64,000 nt of DNA from Angustibacter luteus (GTDB lineage Bacteria; Actinomycetota; Actinomycetes; Actinomycetales; Angustibacteraceae): the NCBI RefSeq assembly GCF_039541115.1, contig NZ_BAABFP010000005.1:124001-188000 (forward strand). Reading direction: 5' to 3'. The position numbers were made by a program, and so were the translations under genes. Position 1 is the first letter of the stretch. Each line of letters opens with the position of its first letter. Under the pieces are notes generated by a model. It had not been told where the DNA came from. It saw nothing but the letters and a program-made list of their open reading frames with translations, and made no database searches. Of the stretch, positions 1 through 11,925 are shown piece by piece.

Positions 1-1104
1 GTGCTGTCGGCCTCCTCGGTCACGTCGCTGTCCAAGAGCGGGTCCTCGTTCACCGTGTTCCTGAGCCAGCTCCGATTCGCCGTGATCGGGCTCCCGCTCA
101 TGCTGGTCGCCTCCCGCGTGCCGGTCCGCTGGTGGAAGCGCTTCGGCTGGGTCGTGCTGATCGGTGCGCTCGCCGCCCAGCTCCTGGTCTTCACCGGGCT
201 CGGGGTCAGCGTCAACGGCAACCGCAACTGGATCGAGCTCGGCGGCCAACGGCTGCAGCCCTCCGAGGGGCTCAAGCTCGCGCTCGTGCTGTGGGGCGCC
301 GCCGTGCTGGCCCGCAAGCGGCTGCTGCTGGACCGCTGGGTGCACGTGCTGGTCCCGGTGCTCGCGCCGGTCGGCGTGCTGGCCATTGCGCTCGTGCTGG
401 CCGGTCACGACCTCGGGACGGCGTTGGTCCTGCTGATGATCCTGGGGGCACTGCTGTTCGCCGCAGGGGTACCCGCCCGGATGTTCCTGTTCGCCGGCGC
501 GGCCATGAGCGGCCTGGTGGCCGTGATGGTCAGCACCAGCCCCAACCGCATGCAGCGCATCGAGTCGTGGCTGGGTGGGGGCTCGTGCACTGAGGTCCTC
601 ACCACCTGCTACCAGTCGATCCACGGCAAGTACGCGTTGGCCGACGGGGGCTGGTGGGGGGTCGGGCTGGGCGCGAGCCGCGAGAAGTGGTCCTGGCTTC
701 CCGAGGCGCACAACGACTTCATCTTCGCCATCATCGGTGAGGAGCTGGGGCTGCCCGGCGTCCTCGTCGTCCTCGCGCTCTTCCTGCTGATCGGCTGGGC
801 CTGCCTGCGGCTGGTCACCCGCAGCGACGACCTGTTCGTCCGCATCGCGTCGGCCGCGACGATGGCCTGGCTGCTCGGCCAGACCCTGATCAACGTCGGC
901 GCCGTCATCGGGATGCTCCCGGTCATCGGGCTGCCGCTGCCGCTGGTCTCCAGCGGCGGCTCCGCGCTGATCACCTCGATGCTGGTGCTGGGCATGCTGA
1001 TGGCCTTCGCCCGCGCCGAGCCTGGTGCGGCGCAGGCCTTGGGGGCGCGCGCGGGACTGCTGCGGCGCTCGCTCGCGGTCCTGCCGGGGCGGCGCGGGTC
1101 GTGA
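1..1104 (+). CDS. ftsW: Cell division SEDS protein FtsW (5' end probably outside window)
   Basis: Multi-TM protein with NGNRNWI..QPSE, LPEAHNDFIFAIIGEELG and LPLVSSGGS motifs; immediately upstream of murG. Confidence 0.95.
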   Translation: MLSASSVTSLSKSGSSFTVFLSQLRFAVIGLPLMLVASRVPVRWWKRFGWVVLIGALAAQLLVFTGLGVSVNGNRNWIELGGQRLQPSEGLKLALVLWGAAVLARKRLLLDRWVHVLVPVLAPVGVLAIALVLAGHDLGTALVLLMILGALLFAAGVPARMFLFAGAAMSGLVAVMVSTSPNRMQRIESWLGGGSCTEVLTTCYQSIHGKYALADGGWWGVGLGASREKWSWLPEAHNDFIFAIIGEELGLPGVLVVLALFLLIGWACLRLVTRSDDLFVRIASAATMAWLLGQTLINVGAVIGMLPVIGLPLPLVSSGGSALITSMLVLGMLMAFARAEPGAAQALGARAGLLRRSLAVLPGRRGS

Positions 1105-2228
1105 CGACGTCCGTGCTGCTCGCCGGCGGGGGGACCGCCGGTCACGTCTCACCGCTGCTGGCGCTGGCGGACTGCCTGCGCCGGCGCGACCCGGCGACCC
1201 GGATCACCGTGCTGGGCACCACCGAGGGGCTCGAGGCGCGGCTGGTGCCGGCGCACGGGTACGAGCTGCTGACCATTCCCAAGGTGCCGATGCCGCGCCG
1301 TCCAGGTCCGGCCCTGGTTCGGCTGCCCGGACGCCTGTCGTCGGCCGTGCGGGCCGCGTCCGACGCGGTGCGCACCAGCGAGGCGGACGTCGTCGTGGGC
1401 TTCGGCGGGTACGTGGCCGCGCCCGCCTACCTGGCCGCGCGCCGGCGTGGCGTGCCGATCGCCGTGCACGAGCAGAACCCGCTTCCCGGGGTCGCCAACC
1501 GGCTCGGGGCCCGGCTGACCCGCTTCGTGGCCACCACGTTCGCGGACACCCAGCTGCCGCACGCCGTGCACACCGGGATGCCGCTGCGCCAGCAGATCAG
1601 CAGCCTGGCCGGCCTCAGCGGGGCCGAGCGCGCCGAGCGCCGGGCCGCGGCCCGGGCCGAGCTCGGGCTGGACCCGGATCGCCAGACCTTGCTGGTCACC
1701 GGCGGGTCGTCGGGCGCGCAGCGGCTGAACGAGACGTTCGGCGCCGCCGCGCCGGAGCTGCGGGCGGCGGGCGTCCAGGTCCTGCACGTGAGCGGGCTGG
1801 GCAAGCACGTGCACGTCGAGAGCGCGCCGGACGACGGTCGCGACGTCGGCGCCCCCTACGTCGTGCTGCCGTACCTGGACCGGATGGACGAGGCCTACCT
1901 GGCCGCGGACCTGGTGGTCTGCCGGTCGGGGGCCAACACGGTCTGCGAGCTGGCGACGGCCGGCCTCCCGGCGGCGTACGTGCCGCTGCCGATCGGCAAC
2001 GGCGAGCAGCGGCTGAACGCCGAGCCCGTGGTGGCCGCCGGCGGCGGGCTGCTGGTCGACGACGCCGGCTGCACGCCGGCCTGGGTCCGCGAGGTGCTGC
2101 TGCCGCTGCTGGCCGACTCGGCCGCTCTGGCGTCGATGGCCCAGGTCGCGACCCGGTTCGTCGTCCCGGACGCCGACGAGCGGCTCGCCGACCTGGTGCT
2201 GGCCGCGGCTGCCAGCAGGCAGTCATGA
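1101..2228 (+). CDS. murG: Undecaprenyl-PP-MurNAc-pentapeptide GlcNAc transferase
   Basis: AGGGTAGH, GFGGY, HEQN, GGSSGA, CRSGANT motifs; GTGA overlap with ftsW. Confidence 0.97.
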   Translation: MTTSVLLAGGGTAGHVSPLLALADCLRRRDPATRITVLGTTEGLEARLVPAHGYELLTIPKVPMPRRPGPALVRLPGRLSSAVRAASDAVRTSEADVVVGFGGYVAAPAYLAARRRGVPIAVHEQNPLPGVANRLGARLTRFVATTFADTQLPHAVHTGMPLRQQISSLAGLSGAERAERRAAARAELGLDPDRQTLLVTGGSSGAQRLNETFGAAAPELRAAGVQVLHVSGLGKHVHVESAPDDGRDVGAPYVVLPYLDRMDEAYLAADLVVCRSGANTVCELATAGLPAAYVPLPIGNGEQRLNAEPVVAAGGGLLVDDAGCTPAWVREVLLPLLADSAALASMAQVATRFVVPDADERLADLVLAAAASRQS

Positions 2229-2238
2229 GGCGGCAGCC

Positions 2239-3645
2239 GTGATCGCGGACACGCCGGCCGCGGACCTGTCGCCCGTGCACTTCATCGGCATCGGCGGCGC
2301 CGGGATGTCGGGCATCGCCCGGATCATGCTGGCCATGGGGCTGCAGGTCAGTGGCAGCGATGCCAAGGACTCCCTGCTGCTCACGGCGCTGGCCGCCGAG
2401 GGTGCCACGGTGCACGTCGGCCACGACCCGCGTCAGCTCGACGGTGTGCGCACGGTGGTCGCCTCGTCGGCGGTGCGGGACACCAACCCCGAGCTCGCCC
2501 GGGCACGCGAGCTGGGCCTGCAGGTGCTGCACCGTTCGGCGGCGCTCGCGGCGGTCAGCTCCGGACGCCAGGTCGTGGCCGTGGCCGGCACCAACGGCAA
2601 GACCACGACGACGTCCATGACCACCGTGATGCTGCAGCACTGCGGGCTCGACCCGTCGTTCTCGATCGGCGGCGAGCTGACCGAGAGCGGGACCAACGCG
2701 CACCTGGGTAGTGGTGCGGTGTTCGTGCTGGAGGCGGACGAGAGCGACGGCACGTTCGTCGTCTACCGGCCGCAGGTCGGGGTCGTCACCAACGTCCAGC
2801 CCGACCACCTCGACTTCTACGGCACCGCCGAGGCCGTCGAGCAGGGCTTCCTGGAGTTCGCGCGCAGCATCCGTCCCGGCGGACTCCTCGTCGCCTGCGC
2901 GGACGACACCGGCTCGGCCCGGCTGGCGGAGCGAGCGGCCGCCGAGGGGATCGCGGTCCGTACCTACGGCGAGTCGGACGGCGCCGACGTCCGGCTGGAC
3001 GACCTGGTGCTCGACCAGTCCGGGTCGGGTTTCGAGGTCTGGTCGGCTGGTCGGCCGGTCGGCCGGGCCCGGGTCAACGTGCCCGGCCACCACAACGCGT
3101 TGAACGCGCTCGCGGCGTGGACGGCGATCGTCGCCGTCGGGGTGGCGCCCACCGACGCGCTCGCGGCGATCGGCTCGTTCACCGGGACCCGGCGCCGTTT
3201 CGAGCCCCGCGGCAGCGCGGGCGGGGTCCGGCTGTTCGACGACTACGCGCACAACCCCGGCAAGGTCGCGGCCGCGCTGCAGACGGCGCGCCAGGTCGCC
3301 GGGGACGGTCGGGTGGTCGTGGTGTTCCAGCCGCACCTGTACAGCCGCACCAAGGACTTCGCCGTCGAGTTCGGCCGGGCACTCGGGCTGGCTGACGAGG
3401 TGGTCGTGATGGACGTCTACGCCGCCCGGGAGGACCCGCAGCCGGGAGTGTCCGGTGCACTGGTCGCTGACGCCGTCCCGCTGCCGCCCGAGCACGTCGC
3501 GTTCGTGCCGTCGTGGTCGGCGGTGGCCGGCGCGGTCCGAGCGCGGGTGCGGCCGGGGGACCTCGTGCTGACCGTGGGTGCGGGGGACGTCACGATGCTG
3601 GCCGACGAGCTGCTGGCCCTGCTGGGTGGGTCGGACCCGCGATGA
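2239..3645 (+). CDS. murC: UDP-N-acetylmuramate--L-alanine ligase
   Basis: HFIGIGGAGMSG, AGTNGKTTT, EADESDG, DDYAHNP, FQPHLYSRT motifs. Confidence 0.97.
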   Translation: MIADTPAADLSPVHFIGIGGAGMSGIARIMLAMGLQVSGSDAKDSLLLTALAAEGATVHVGHDPRQLDGVRTVVASSAVRDTNPELARARELGLQVLHRSAALAAVSSGRQVVAVAGTNGKTTTTSMTTVMLQHCGLDPSFSIGGELTESGTNAHLGSGAVFVLEADESDGTFVVYRPQVGVVTNVQPDHLDFYGTAEAVEQGFLEFARSIRPGGLLVACADDTGSARLAERAAAEGIAVRTYGESDGADVRLDDLVLDQSGSGFEVWSAGRPVGRARVNVPGHHNALNALAAWTAIVAVGVAPTDALAAIGSFTGTRRRFEPRGSAGGVRLFDDYAHNPGKVAAALQTARQVAGDGRVVVVFQPHLYSRTKDFAVEFGRALGLADEVVVMDVYAAREDPQPGVSGALVADAVPLPPEHVAFVPSWSAVAGAVRARVRPGDLVLTVGAGDVTMLADELLALLGGSDPR

Positions 3646-4388
3646 GCACGCGGACGACGTCGGTGCGCGAGAGCGGGGCCGAGACGTCCGCACGGTTCGA
3701 GGCCCGGGCCCGGGCGGCCCGGTGGCGGGCGCGCCGTCCGGTGCTGGTGACCGCGCTCGTGGTCGTCGCCCTGCTGGGACTGGGGCTGCTGGCCTACGCG
3801 GGGCCGCTGCTCACCGTCCGGACGATCGAGGTGCGCGGGGTCACCGGGACGATGGCCGAGCAGGTGAGACAGGCTGCGGCCGGCGCTCGGGGCGAGCCGC
3901 TCGGCCGGGTCGACACGGGTGGGCTCGGACGCCGGGTCAAGGACCTCCCGCAGGTGGCCGACGTGTCGGTGGAACGAGGCTGGCCGACGACGCTGCGACT
4001 GGTGGTCCGCCCGCGCGTCGCGGTCGCTGCCGTCCCCTCGAGCGGCGGTGGCTACCGTCTCGTGGACGCGTCCGGGGTGGCGTTCGAGGCCGCCGCCAAG
4101 GCGCCCAAGGGGCTGCCGGTGCTGCGGGTGCCCGTCGGGCCGGAGTCGGCGGACACCCTGTCCGCGGCACTGACGGTGCTCGACGCGGTGCCGGCCGGCA
4201 TGCGCTCGAAGATCAGCCGGGTGAGCGCGACGTCGCCGGACGACGTCCAGATGCGCTGGGGCGCGGCCACCGTCGTGTGGGGGAGTGCGCAGGACAGCGA
4301 GCTCAAGGCGGAGGTGCTCACCGCCCTGTCGAAGCACCGGGCGACGGTCTACGACGTGAGCTCGCCGCACACGCCGGTCCTGCGCTGA
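3642..4388 (+). CDS. ftsQ: Cell division protein FtsQ/DivIB
   Basis: ATG at 3642 overlaps murC stop; single TM then POTRA-like region, C-terminal YDVSSP; lies between murC and ftsZ. Confidence 0.9.
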   Translation: MSTRTTSVRESGAETSARFEARARAARWRARRPVLVTALVVVALLGLGLLAYAGPLLTVRTIEVRGVTGTMAEQVRQAAAGARGEPLGRVDTGGLGRRVKDLPQVADVSVERGWPTTLRLVVRPRVAVAAVPSSGGGYRLVDASGVAFEAAAKAPKGLPVLRVPVGPESADTLSAALTVLDAVPAGMRSKISRVSATSPDDVQMRWGAATVVWGSAQDSELKAEVLTALSKHRATVYDVSSPHTPVLR

Positions 4389-4438
4389 GCTGGCCGCCCT
4401 GAGAGCGGGCGTTCGGGTTGTCGGGCAAGGGATGTCCC

Positions 4439-4534
4439 GACACGCCGGGCGATGTCGTTGGCGACCGGGCGATCGGCACCTAGCGTCTTCGACCAGGACG
4501 AGGTTGACATAACTATAACCCTCAAGTTGAGGGT
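4439..4534 (+). promoter_or_regulatory. ftsZ promoter region: GACAC (WhiA-type) motif, TTGACA and 17-bp palindrome ACCCTCAA-G-TTGAGGGT
   Basis: GACAC 4439-4443; TTGACA 4504-4509; perfect inverted repeat 4518-4534 in an AT-rich patch. Confidence 0.6.
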
Positions 4535-4576
4535 CAGGGTCACCATCAGGGCACCATCCAGTGAGAGGCACTCGAC

Positions 4577-5863
4577 GTGGCTGCACCGCAGAACTACCTG
4601 GCCGTCATCAAGGTCGTCGGCATCGGCGGCGGCGGCGTCAACGCGATCAACCGGATGATCGACGTCGGGCTCAAGGGCGTCGAGTTCATCGCCGTGAACA
4701 CCGATGCACAGGCCCTGCTGATGTCGGACGCCGACGTGAAGCTCGACGTCGGCCGCGAGCTGACGCGCGGGCTCGGCGCCGGCGCGGACCCCGAGGTCGG
4801 CAAGAAGGCCGCCGAGGACCACGCGGAGGAGATCGAGGAGGTGCTGCGCGGCGCCGACATGGTCTTCGTGACCGCTGGTGAGGGCGGCGGCACCGGCACC
4901 GGTGGCGCCCCCGTCGTGGCCCGGATCGCGCGCTCGCTCGGCGCCCTGACCATCGGCGTCGTCACCCGCCCGTTCACCTTCGAGGGGCGTCGGCGCGCCA
5001 ACAGCGCCGAGGCTGGCATCGCCCAGCTGCGCGACGAGGTGGACACCCTCATCGTGATCCCGAACGACCGGCTGCTGTCGATCAGCGACCGCGCCGTGAG
5101 CATGCTCGACGCGTTCCGCAGCGCCGACCAGGTGCTGCTGTCCGGCGTCCAGGGCATCACCGACCTGATCACCACCCCCGGCCTGATCAACCTCGACTTC
5201 GCCGACGTGAAGTCGGTCATGCAGGGTGCGGGCAGCGCCCTGATGGGGATCGGATCGGCCCGTGGCGAGGACCGCGCCGTCCAGGCCGCCGAGCTGGCGA
5301 TCTCGTCGCCGCTGCTCGAGGCCAGCATCGATGGTGCCTACGGCGTGCTGCTGTCCATCCAGGGTGGCAGCGACCTCGGGCTCTTCGAGATCAACGAGGC
5401 CGCCCGCCTGGTCCAGGAGGCCGCGCACCCGGAGGCGAACATCATCTTCGGTGCGGTCATCGACGACGCCCTGGGCGACGAGGTGCGGGTCACCGTCATC
5501 GCCGCCGGTTTCGACGGTGGCGTCCCGACCCAACGCAAGGACGACCGCGCGCTCGGCCAGATCACTGGCTCGTCGACGTCCAGCGGCATCCGCACGGCGC
5601 CCCCGTCGTCACCGAGCTACGCCGGAAACGGTGCGTCCAACGGCCACGGTGCGAGTCAGCGCCCCTACTCCACCAACGGTTCCACGACCGCGAGCGAGCC
5701 CGCCCCGGACGGCGCGCAGACGGGCCAGGCGCCGGTTCCGGCGCGGCGCGACGAGCCCGTCGTCGTCCCGGACACGCTCGAGCCGGTGCGCGCCCGCGCG
5801 CCGCGCTCGGTGGTCTTCGACGACGCCGACGACGAGCTGGACGTGCCCGACTTCCTGAAGTAG
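4577..5863 (+). CDS. ftsZ: Cell division GTPase FtsZ
   Basis: GGGTGTG tubulin signature, NLDFAD, C-terminal [10 protein letters not shown]. Confidence 0.99.
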   Translation: MAAPQNYLAVIKVVGIGGGGVNAINRMIDVGLKGVEFIAVNTDAQALLMSDADVKLDVGRELTRGLGAGADPEVGKKAAEDHAEEIEEVLRGADMVFVTAGEGGGTGTGGAPVVARIARSLGALTIGVVTRPFTFEGRRRANSAEAGIAQLRDEVDTLIVIPNDRLLSISDRAVSMLDAFRSADQVLLSGVQGITDLITTPGLINLDFADVKSVMQGAGSALMGIGSARGEDRAVQAAELAISSPLLEASIDGAYGVLLSIQGGSDLGLFEINEAARLVQEAAHPEANIIFGAVIDDALGDEVRVTVIAAGFDGGVPTQRKDDRALGQITGSSTSSGIRTAPPSSPSYAGNGASNGHGASQRPYSTNGSTTASEPAPDGAQTGQAPVPARRDEPVVVPDTLEPVRARAPRSVVFDDADDELDVPDFLK

Positions 5864-5884
5864 TCGGTAGGGCAGACTGGCCGG

Positions 5885-6661
5885 GTGATCGCCTGGACCG
5901 AACGACTCGAGGGTCGCGCCGGCCCAGGTGCACCCGTCGTGGACCTGGCGCTCACGGACCGGGTCGGTGGGTCCAGCCCGGCGCCGTACGCGACCGCGGG
6001 CGGCGCCGGCGGCCTGAACCTCGGCTCCCACGTCGGCGACGACCCGGCTCTGGTGGTCGCCAACCGGACGGCGGTCGCCGCCGCGCTGGGGCTGCCGACG
6101 GACCGCCTGGTCGTGGCCAACCAGGTCCACGGGGCCCGCGTGGTGCAGGTCGACGGCCCGTGGGTCGGCGCGCCTGCTGACGCCGATGCCCTGGTCACCA
6201 CCTCGACCGAGCTCGCGCTCGCCGTCCTGGTCGCGGACTGCGTGCCGGTGCTGCTGGCGGCCCCGGACGACGGAGTCGTGGCCGTGGCCCACGCCGGGCG
6301 TCCGGGGATGGCGGCCGGCGTCGTGCCGGCCGCCGTGTCGGCCATGCGTGACCTTGGTGCCCGACACGTGGTCGCCCGGCTCGGGCCGTCGGTGTGCGGG
6401 CGCTGCTACGAGGTCCCGCTGGACCTGCGCGAGCAGGTCGCCGCGTCCCAGCCCGCCAGCCGCACGGTGACGTGGACGGGTACGCCCGCTCTGGACGTCG
6501 CCGCCGGGGTGCTGCAGCAGCTCGCCGAGCTGGACGTGCCGGTGCGGCAGCTGCCGGGCTGCACCCGCGAGTCGGACAGCCTCTACTCCTACCGCCGCGA
6601 CGGCCGAACCGGCCGCTTCGCCGGCGTCGCGGTCCTGCGGTCCGCCGGGAGCGGGACGTGA
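5885..6661 (+). CDS. pgeF: PgeF/YfiH family peptidoglycan editing factor / purine nucleoside phosphorylase
   Basis: NLGSHVGD, QVHG, VADCVPVL, HAGR, YSYRR motifs; follows ftsZ. Confidence 0.92.
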   Translation: MIAWTERLEGRAGPGAPVVDLALTDRVGGSSPAPYATAGGAGGLNLGSHVGDDPALVVANRTAVAAALGLPTDRLVVANQVHGARVVQVDGPWVGAPADADALVTTSTELALAVLVADCVPVLLAAPDDGVVAVAHAGRPGMAAGVVPAAVSAMRDLGARHVVARLGPSVCGRCYEVPLDLREQVAASQPASRTVTWTGTPALDVAAGVLQQLAELDVPVRQLPGCTRESDSLYSYRRDGRTGRFAGVAVLRSAGSGT

Positions 6662-7392
6662 GCGGCCAGGACGGTCGGCGTCGCGACGAGCTGGCCGCCG
6701 GGCTGTCCCAGGTGCGCCAGCGGATCGACCGGGCCTGCGCCGGGGCCCAGCGGGATCCGGCCGAGGTGACGCTGGTCGTGGTGACCAAGACGTTCCCCGC
6801 CTCGGACGTGGCTGCGCTCGTCGACCTGGGCGTCCGCGACGTCGGGGAGAACCGCGACCAGGACGCGGCAGCCAAGGTGCTGGCGACCGACGTCCTGCTG
6901 GCGGCAGGGCAGTCGCGGCCCCGATGGCACTTCGTGGGCCAGCTGCAGCGCAACAAGGCTGCCTCGGTGGCGCGCTACGCCGACGTCGTCCACTCGGTGG
7001 ACCGACTGGCCCTCGCTCGAGCGCTGGGCAAGGCGGCACACCAGGCAGGCCGTCGCCTGGAGGTGCTGTTGCAGGTCTCGTTGGATGACCCGCAGGGCGC
7101 GAGCGGACGCGGCGGCGTCGCGCCGTCCGAGCTGCTGGACCTGGCAGCCGGGGTGGCGGGCACGGAGGGGCTCGACCTGCGCGGCCTGATGGCCGTCGCA
7201 CCGCTCGACGGACCGCCCGGGCCCGCGTTCGCCCGGCTCGCCGGGCTGGCTGGCCAGCTGCGCGAGCAGCACCAGGGCGCCACCTGGATCTCGGCCGGCA
7301 TGAGCGGTGACCTCGAGGAGGCGGTGGCACATGGTGCGACACACCTGCGTGTCGGGAGCGCGGTCCTCGGATCACGTCCGTCACTCCGGTAA
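6658..7392 (+). CDS. yggS: YggS family PLP homeostasis protein
   Basis: [37 protein letters not shown] 6658 overlaps pgeF stop. Confidence 0.93.
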   Translation: MSGQDGRRRDELAAGLSQVRQRIDRACAGAQRDPAEVTLVVVTKTFPASDVAALVDLGVRDVGENRDQDAAAKVLATDVLLAAGQSRPRWHFVGQLQRNKAASVARYADVVHSVDRLALARALGKAAHQAGRRLEVLLQVSLDDPQGASGRGGVAPSELLDLAAGVAGTEGLDLRGLMAVAPLDGPPGPAFARLAGLAGQLREQHQGATWISAGMSGDLEEAVAHGATHLRVGSAVLGSRPSLR

Positions 7393-7450
7393 CGTCCAAA
7401 ACCGTACGCGGGCGCGAGGTGTGCCCCGGACGACGACGGAGGAGCTGGCG

Positions 7451-7927
7451 ATGTCAGGTGCGCTGCGCAAGACCATGGTGTACCTCGGGCTGGCCGAGGA
7501 CGACGAGCACTATGAAGACGAGCTGTACGAGGAGTACGACGACGAGACCTCGCAGCGTCCCGAGGTGCCGCGCTCGGAGCGAAGCCAGGTCACGCCGCTG
7601 CCGACCCGGTCGCTGGCTCGGGTCGTCCCGGGGTCCGGTCACGGGGACCTGCACCGGATCACCACGATCCACCCGCGGACGTACAACGAGGCGAAGACCA
7701 TCGGGGAGTCGTTCCGCGAGGGCGTGCCGGTGATCATGAACCTCAGCGACATGGGGGACTCGGACGCCAAGCGCCTCGTGGACTTCGCCGCGGGACTGGT
7801 GTTCGGCCTGCACGGCTCCATCGAGCGGGTGACGAACAAGGTGTTCCTGCTCTCGCCGGCGCACATCGAGGTGACGGCCGAGGACAAGGAGCCGACGAAC
7901 ACGGCTGGCTTGTTCAACCAGAGCTGA
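7451..7927 (+). CDS. sepF: Cell division protein SepF
   Basis: MVYLGL N-terminus, [26 protein letters not shown] upstream. Confidence 0.95.
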   Translation: MSGALRKTMVYLGLAEDDEHYEDELYEEYDDETSQRPEVPRSERSQVTPLPTRSLARVVPGSGHGDLHRITTIHPRTYNEAKTIGESFREGVPVIMNLSDMGDSDAKRLVDFAAGLVFGLHGSIERVTNKVFLLSPAHIEVTAEDKEPTNTAGLFNQS

Positions 7928-7930
7928 CAC

Positions 7931-8209
7931 GTGTCGCTGATCGTCGGCCTGCTCGGCCTCGTCGTCCTGGTGTTCTTCGTGTTCCTGATCGGGCGCCTGG
8001 TGCTCGACTGGATCCAGGCCTTCGCGCGGGACTGGCGGCCCAAGGGGATCACCCTGGTGCTTGCCGAGGCCGTCTACACCGTCACGGACCCACCGCTGCG
8101 CGCCCTGCGCCGGGTGATCCCGCCCCTGCGGATCGGCCAGGTCCAGCTGGACCTCGCCTTCATGATCCTGTTCATCGTGACGCTGCTGCTGCTCCAGCTG
8201 CTGCGCTAA
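7931..8209 (+). CDS. yggT: YggT family membrane protein (SepG-like)
   Basis: TDPPLRALRRVIPPLRIG..LDL motif; between sepF and divIVA. Confidence 0.9.
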   Translation: MSLIVGLLGLVVLVFFVFLIGRLVLDWIQAFARDWRPKGITLVLAEAVYTVTDPPLRALRRVIPPLRIGQVQLDLAFMILFIVTLLLLQLLR

Positions 8210-8329
8210 CGACCGTCCCCGACCCCGCTCCCAGCGGCGCGCGACCTGCTCGTTGGAGCGTCGAATCGACCTCCCACCTGCAGATTCGCTACGGTGGGCG
8301 GGCGACCCCAGACACCGAGAGGTGACCAC

Positions 8330-9124
8330 ATGCCGCTGAACCCCGAGGAAGTTGTCAACAAGCGCTTCAGCCCGACGAAGTTCCGTCAGGGTTATGACGA
8401 GGAAGAAGTCGACGAGTTCCTCGACGAGGTCGTCGCCGAGCTGCGACGTCTCAACACGGAGAACGAGGAGCTGCGCGCGAAGCTGACCGCGTGCGAGAGC
8501 CGCGTCGCAGAGCTGTCCCGCAATGGCGGACGGCGCGACGAGCCGGCGGCCAGCGGGCCCGTGGCCGTCGTGCCACCGACCCCTGCACCGGCGCCGGCTC
8601 CCGTGCCGACGCCTGCGCCCGCACCGGTGCCGACGCCTGCACCGGCTCCGGCTCCGGTCCCCGCAGCCGCCTCCACGGGTGGCTCGGAGAGCGCCGCCGG
8701 GATGCTCGCGCTGGCGCAGAAGCTGCACGACGAGCACGTCGAGGCCGGCAAGGCCGAGCGCAACAAGATCGTCAACGAGGCGCAGGAGCACGCGGCTCGG
8801 CTCGTGCGTGAGGCGGAGGCCAAGCAGCGCGAGACCCTCGGCGATCTCGAGGAGCAGCGTCAGGTGCTCCAGCGCAAGGTCGAGCAGCTGCGCAACTTCG
8901 AGCGTGAGTACCGCAGCCGCCTCAAGGCCTACCTCGAGGACCAGCTCAAGCAGCTGGAGGCGAAGGCCTCCGCTGGCGGTTCGGAGCCGGAGGCAGCCAG
9001 CGGGACGGGCTCCACGCCGTCCGCTGAGGTCACTCCGCTGCCGACGCGCGGCGGCACCTTCGGCGGCAACGACGGCGACCGCCAGGGTCAGGCCGAGACG
9101 CCGCGGTTCCCCTTCGGGAGCTGA
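8330..9124 (+). CDS. divIVA: DivIVA/Wag31 polar growth determinant
   Basis: MPLNPEEV..GYDEEEVDEFLD, FEREYRSRLKAYLE; Pro/Ala linker repeats. Confidence 0.95.
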   Translation: MPLNPEEVVNKRFSPTKFRQGYDEEEVDEFLDEVVAELRRLNTENEELRAKLTACESRVAELSRNGGRRDEPAASGPVAVVPPTPAPAPAPVPTPAPAPVPTPAPAPAPVPAAASTGGSESAAGMLALAQKLHDEHVEAGKAERNKIVNEAQEHAARLVREAEAKQRETLGDLEEQRQVLQRKVEQLRNFEREYRSRLKAYLEDQLKQLEAKASAGGSEPEAASGTGSTPSAEVTPLPTRGGTFGGNDGDRQGQAETPRFPFGS

Positions 9125-9156
9125 CCGCAGCGCATCTCGGCTGCGAGCGGGGAGCA

Positions 9157-9198
9157 ACGCGCCAGGACCACCGGAAGAATCCGGTGGTCCTGGCGCGT
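9157..9198 (+). terminator. Stem-loop after divIVA (likely terminator)
   Basis: Perfect 19-bp stem ACGCGCCAGGACCACCGGA-AGAA-TCCGGTGGTCCTGGCGCGT. Confidence 0.75.
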
Positions 9199-9217
9199 CC
9201 GTGTGCGGCGCGTCGAA

Positions 9218-9246
9218 TTGAGCTCGTCGTGCGCGCCGCCTATCCT
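9218..9246 (+). promoter_or_regulatory. Sigma70-type promoter of the DksA-like gene
   Basis: TTGAGC-17 nt-TATCCT. Confidence 0.55.
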
Positions 9247-9275
9247 TCCGGCACCACGCCGAGCGGCGCGGCTGA

Positions 9276-10319
<1,044 letters not shown>

Positions 10320-10347
<28 letters not shown>

Positions 10348-10898
10348 GCGACGCCGCCCCCCAGCCCAGGCAGCCCCGCAAGGGGCTGCTCGTCGTCCTC
10401 ACGCTCGTCGCGGTGGGGGTCTACCTGCTCGACCAGCTGAGCAAGGCGGTCGCGGTCGCCCGGTTGACCGCCGGTGACCCGGTCGAGCTCGTCGGCGACC
10501 TCCTGCGACTCGACCTGACCCGCAACTCGGGTGCCGCGTTCTCGCTGGCCACCGGCATGACCTGGGTCCTGACGGTGGTCGCCATCGTGGTCGTGGTCGT
10601 CGTCGTGCGCTCGGCCCGACGGCTGGCCAGCCTGCCGTGGGCGATCGCGTTGGGCCTGCTGCTGGGTGGCGCCCTGGGTAACCTGACGGACCGGCTGCTG
10701 CGCGACCCGGGCTTCGGTCGAGGTCACGTCGTCGACTTCATCGCCTACGGGCACCTGTTCATCGGGAACGTGGCCGACATCGCCATCGTGGCGGCCGCGG
10801 GCCTCATCGTCGTCCTGGGCCTGCGCGGCACGAACCTCGACGGCTCGCGCCCCGTGGCAGCCGCCCCGGCGCAGACGGACGACCAGCCCGATGACTGA
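10320..10898 (+). CDS. lspA: Lipoprotein signal peptidase II
   Basis: [32 protein letters not shown] motifs; exact start uncertain. Confidence 0.93.
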
Positions 10899-11838
10899 AC
10901 CCGAGGCAGAGTCCGGCGAGCTGCGTGCCCTCCCGGTCCCCGAGGGGCTGGAGGGCGAACGCCTGGACGCCGCGATGGCCCGGCTGTTCGGACTGTCCCG
11001 GACCCGTGCGGCCGAGCTCGTCGCGCAGGGCAACGTGCAGCTGGACGGCAAGTCCACGGCGAAGTCCGACCGGGTCAGCGGCGGCTCGTGGCTCGAGGTG
11101 CGGCTGCCGTCCCGGCGGGTCCAGCCTGCGGCGGTCTCCGAGCCCGTCCCGGGGCTGCGTGTCGTGCACGACGACGACGACATCGTCGTGGTCGACAAGC
11201 CGGTCGGGGTCGCCGCGCACCCCAGCCCGGGCTGGACCGGCCCGACCGTGGTCGGTGGACTGGCTGCGGCCGGCTACCGCATCTCGACGTCCGGTGCCGC
11301 GGAGCGGCAGGGCATCGTGCACCGGTTGGACGTCGGCACCTCGGGCCTGATGGTCGTGGCCAAGAGCGAACGGGCCTACACGCTGCTCAAGCGCGCCTTC
11401 AAGGAGCGCACGGTCGAGAAGGTCTACCACGCGCTCGTCCAGGGCCACCCGGACCCGCTGCGCGGCACCATCGACGCGCCGATCGGGCGCCACCCCCAGC
11501 ACGACTACAAGTTCGCCGTGACGGCCGGCGGCAAGCCCAGCGTCACGCACTACGAGGTCCTCGAGGCCTTCCGGGCGGCCTCGCTCGTCGAGGTGCACCT
11601 CGAGACCGGACGAACCCACCAGATCCGGGTGCACTTCGCCGCCCTGCGTCACCCGTGCGTGGGCGACCTGACCTACGGGGCCGACCCCACGCTGGCCCAA
11701 CGGGTGGGGCTGCAGCGCCAGTGGTTGCAGGCGATGCGGTTGGGTTTCGACCACCCGTCCAGCGGCGAGTGGGTCGAGTTCGAGAGCACGTACCCGGACG
11801 ATCTTGCCCATGCGCTCGAGGTGATCTCGGCCGTCTGA
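10891..11838 (+). CDS. rluD: RluA/RluD family pseudouridine synthase
   Basis: S4-like N-terminus, [27 protein letters not shown]. Confidence 0.92.
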   Translation: MTEPEAESGELRALPVPEGLEGERLDAAMARLFGLSRTRAAELVAQGNVQLDGKSTAKSDRVSGGSWLEVRLPSRRVQPAAVSEPVPGLRVVHDDDDIVVVDKPVGVAAHPSPGWTGPTVVGGLAAAGYRISTSGAAERQGIVHRLDVGTSGLMVVAKSERAYTLLKRAFKERTVEKVYHALVQGHPDPLRGTIDAPIGRHPQHDYKFAVTAGGKPSVTHYEVLEAFRAASLVEVHLETGRTHQIRVHFAALRHPCVGDLTYGADPTLAQRVGLQRQWLQAMRLGFDHPSSGEWVEFESTYPDDLAHALEVISAV

Positions 11839-11897
11839 CGGCGTGTCCAGCCGCGACACGCGGGCTGGCCTGGATCGTTGCCGGGGGTGGCCGGAAC

Positions 11898-11919
11898 TGT
11901 CGGTCCGCCGACCTAGACT
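11898..11919 (+). promoter_or_regulatory. PafBC/RecA-NDp-type promoter of dnaE (leaderless)
   Basis: TGTCGG-N10-TAGACT, 6 nt before ATG 11926. Confidence 0.65.
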
Positions 11920-11925
11920 CGGCCC

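Noticed and set aside
8576..8662. PAPAPVPT repeats in DivIVA
   Set aside because: Ordinary variable linker between the two coiled coils
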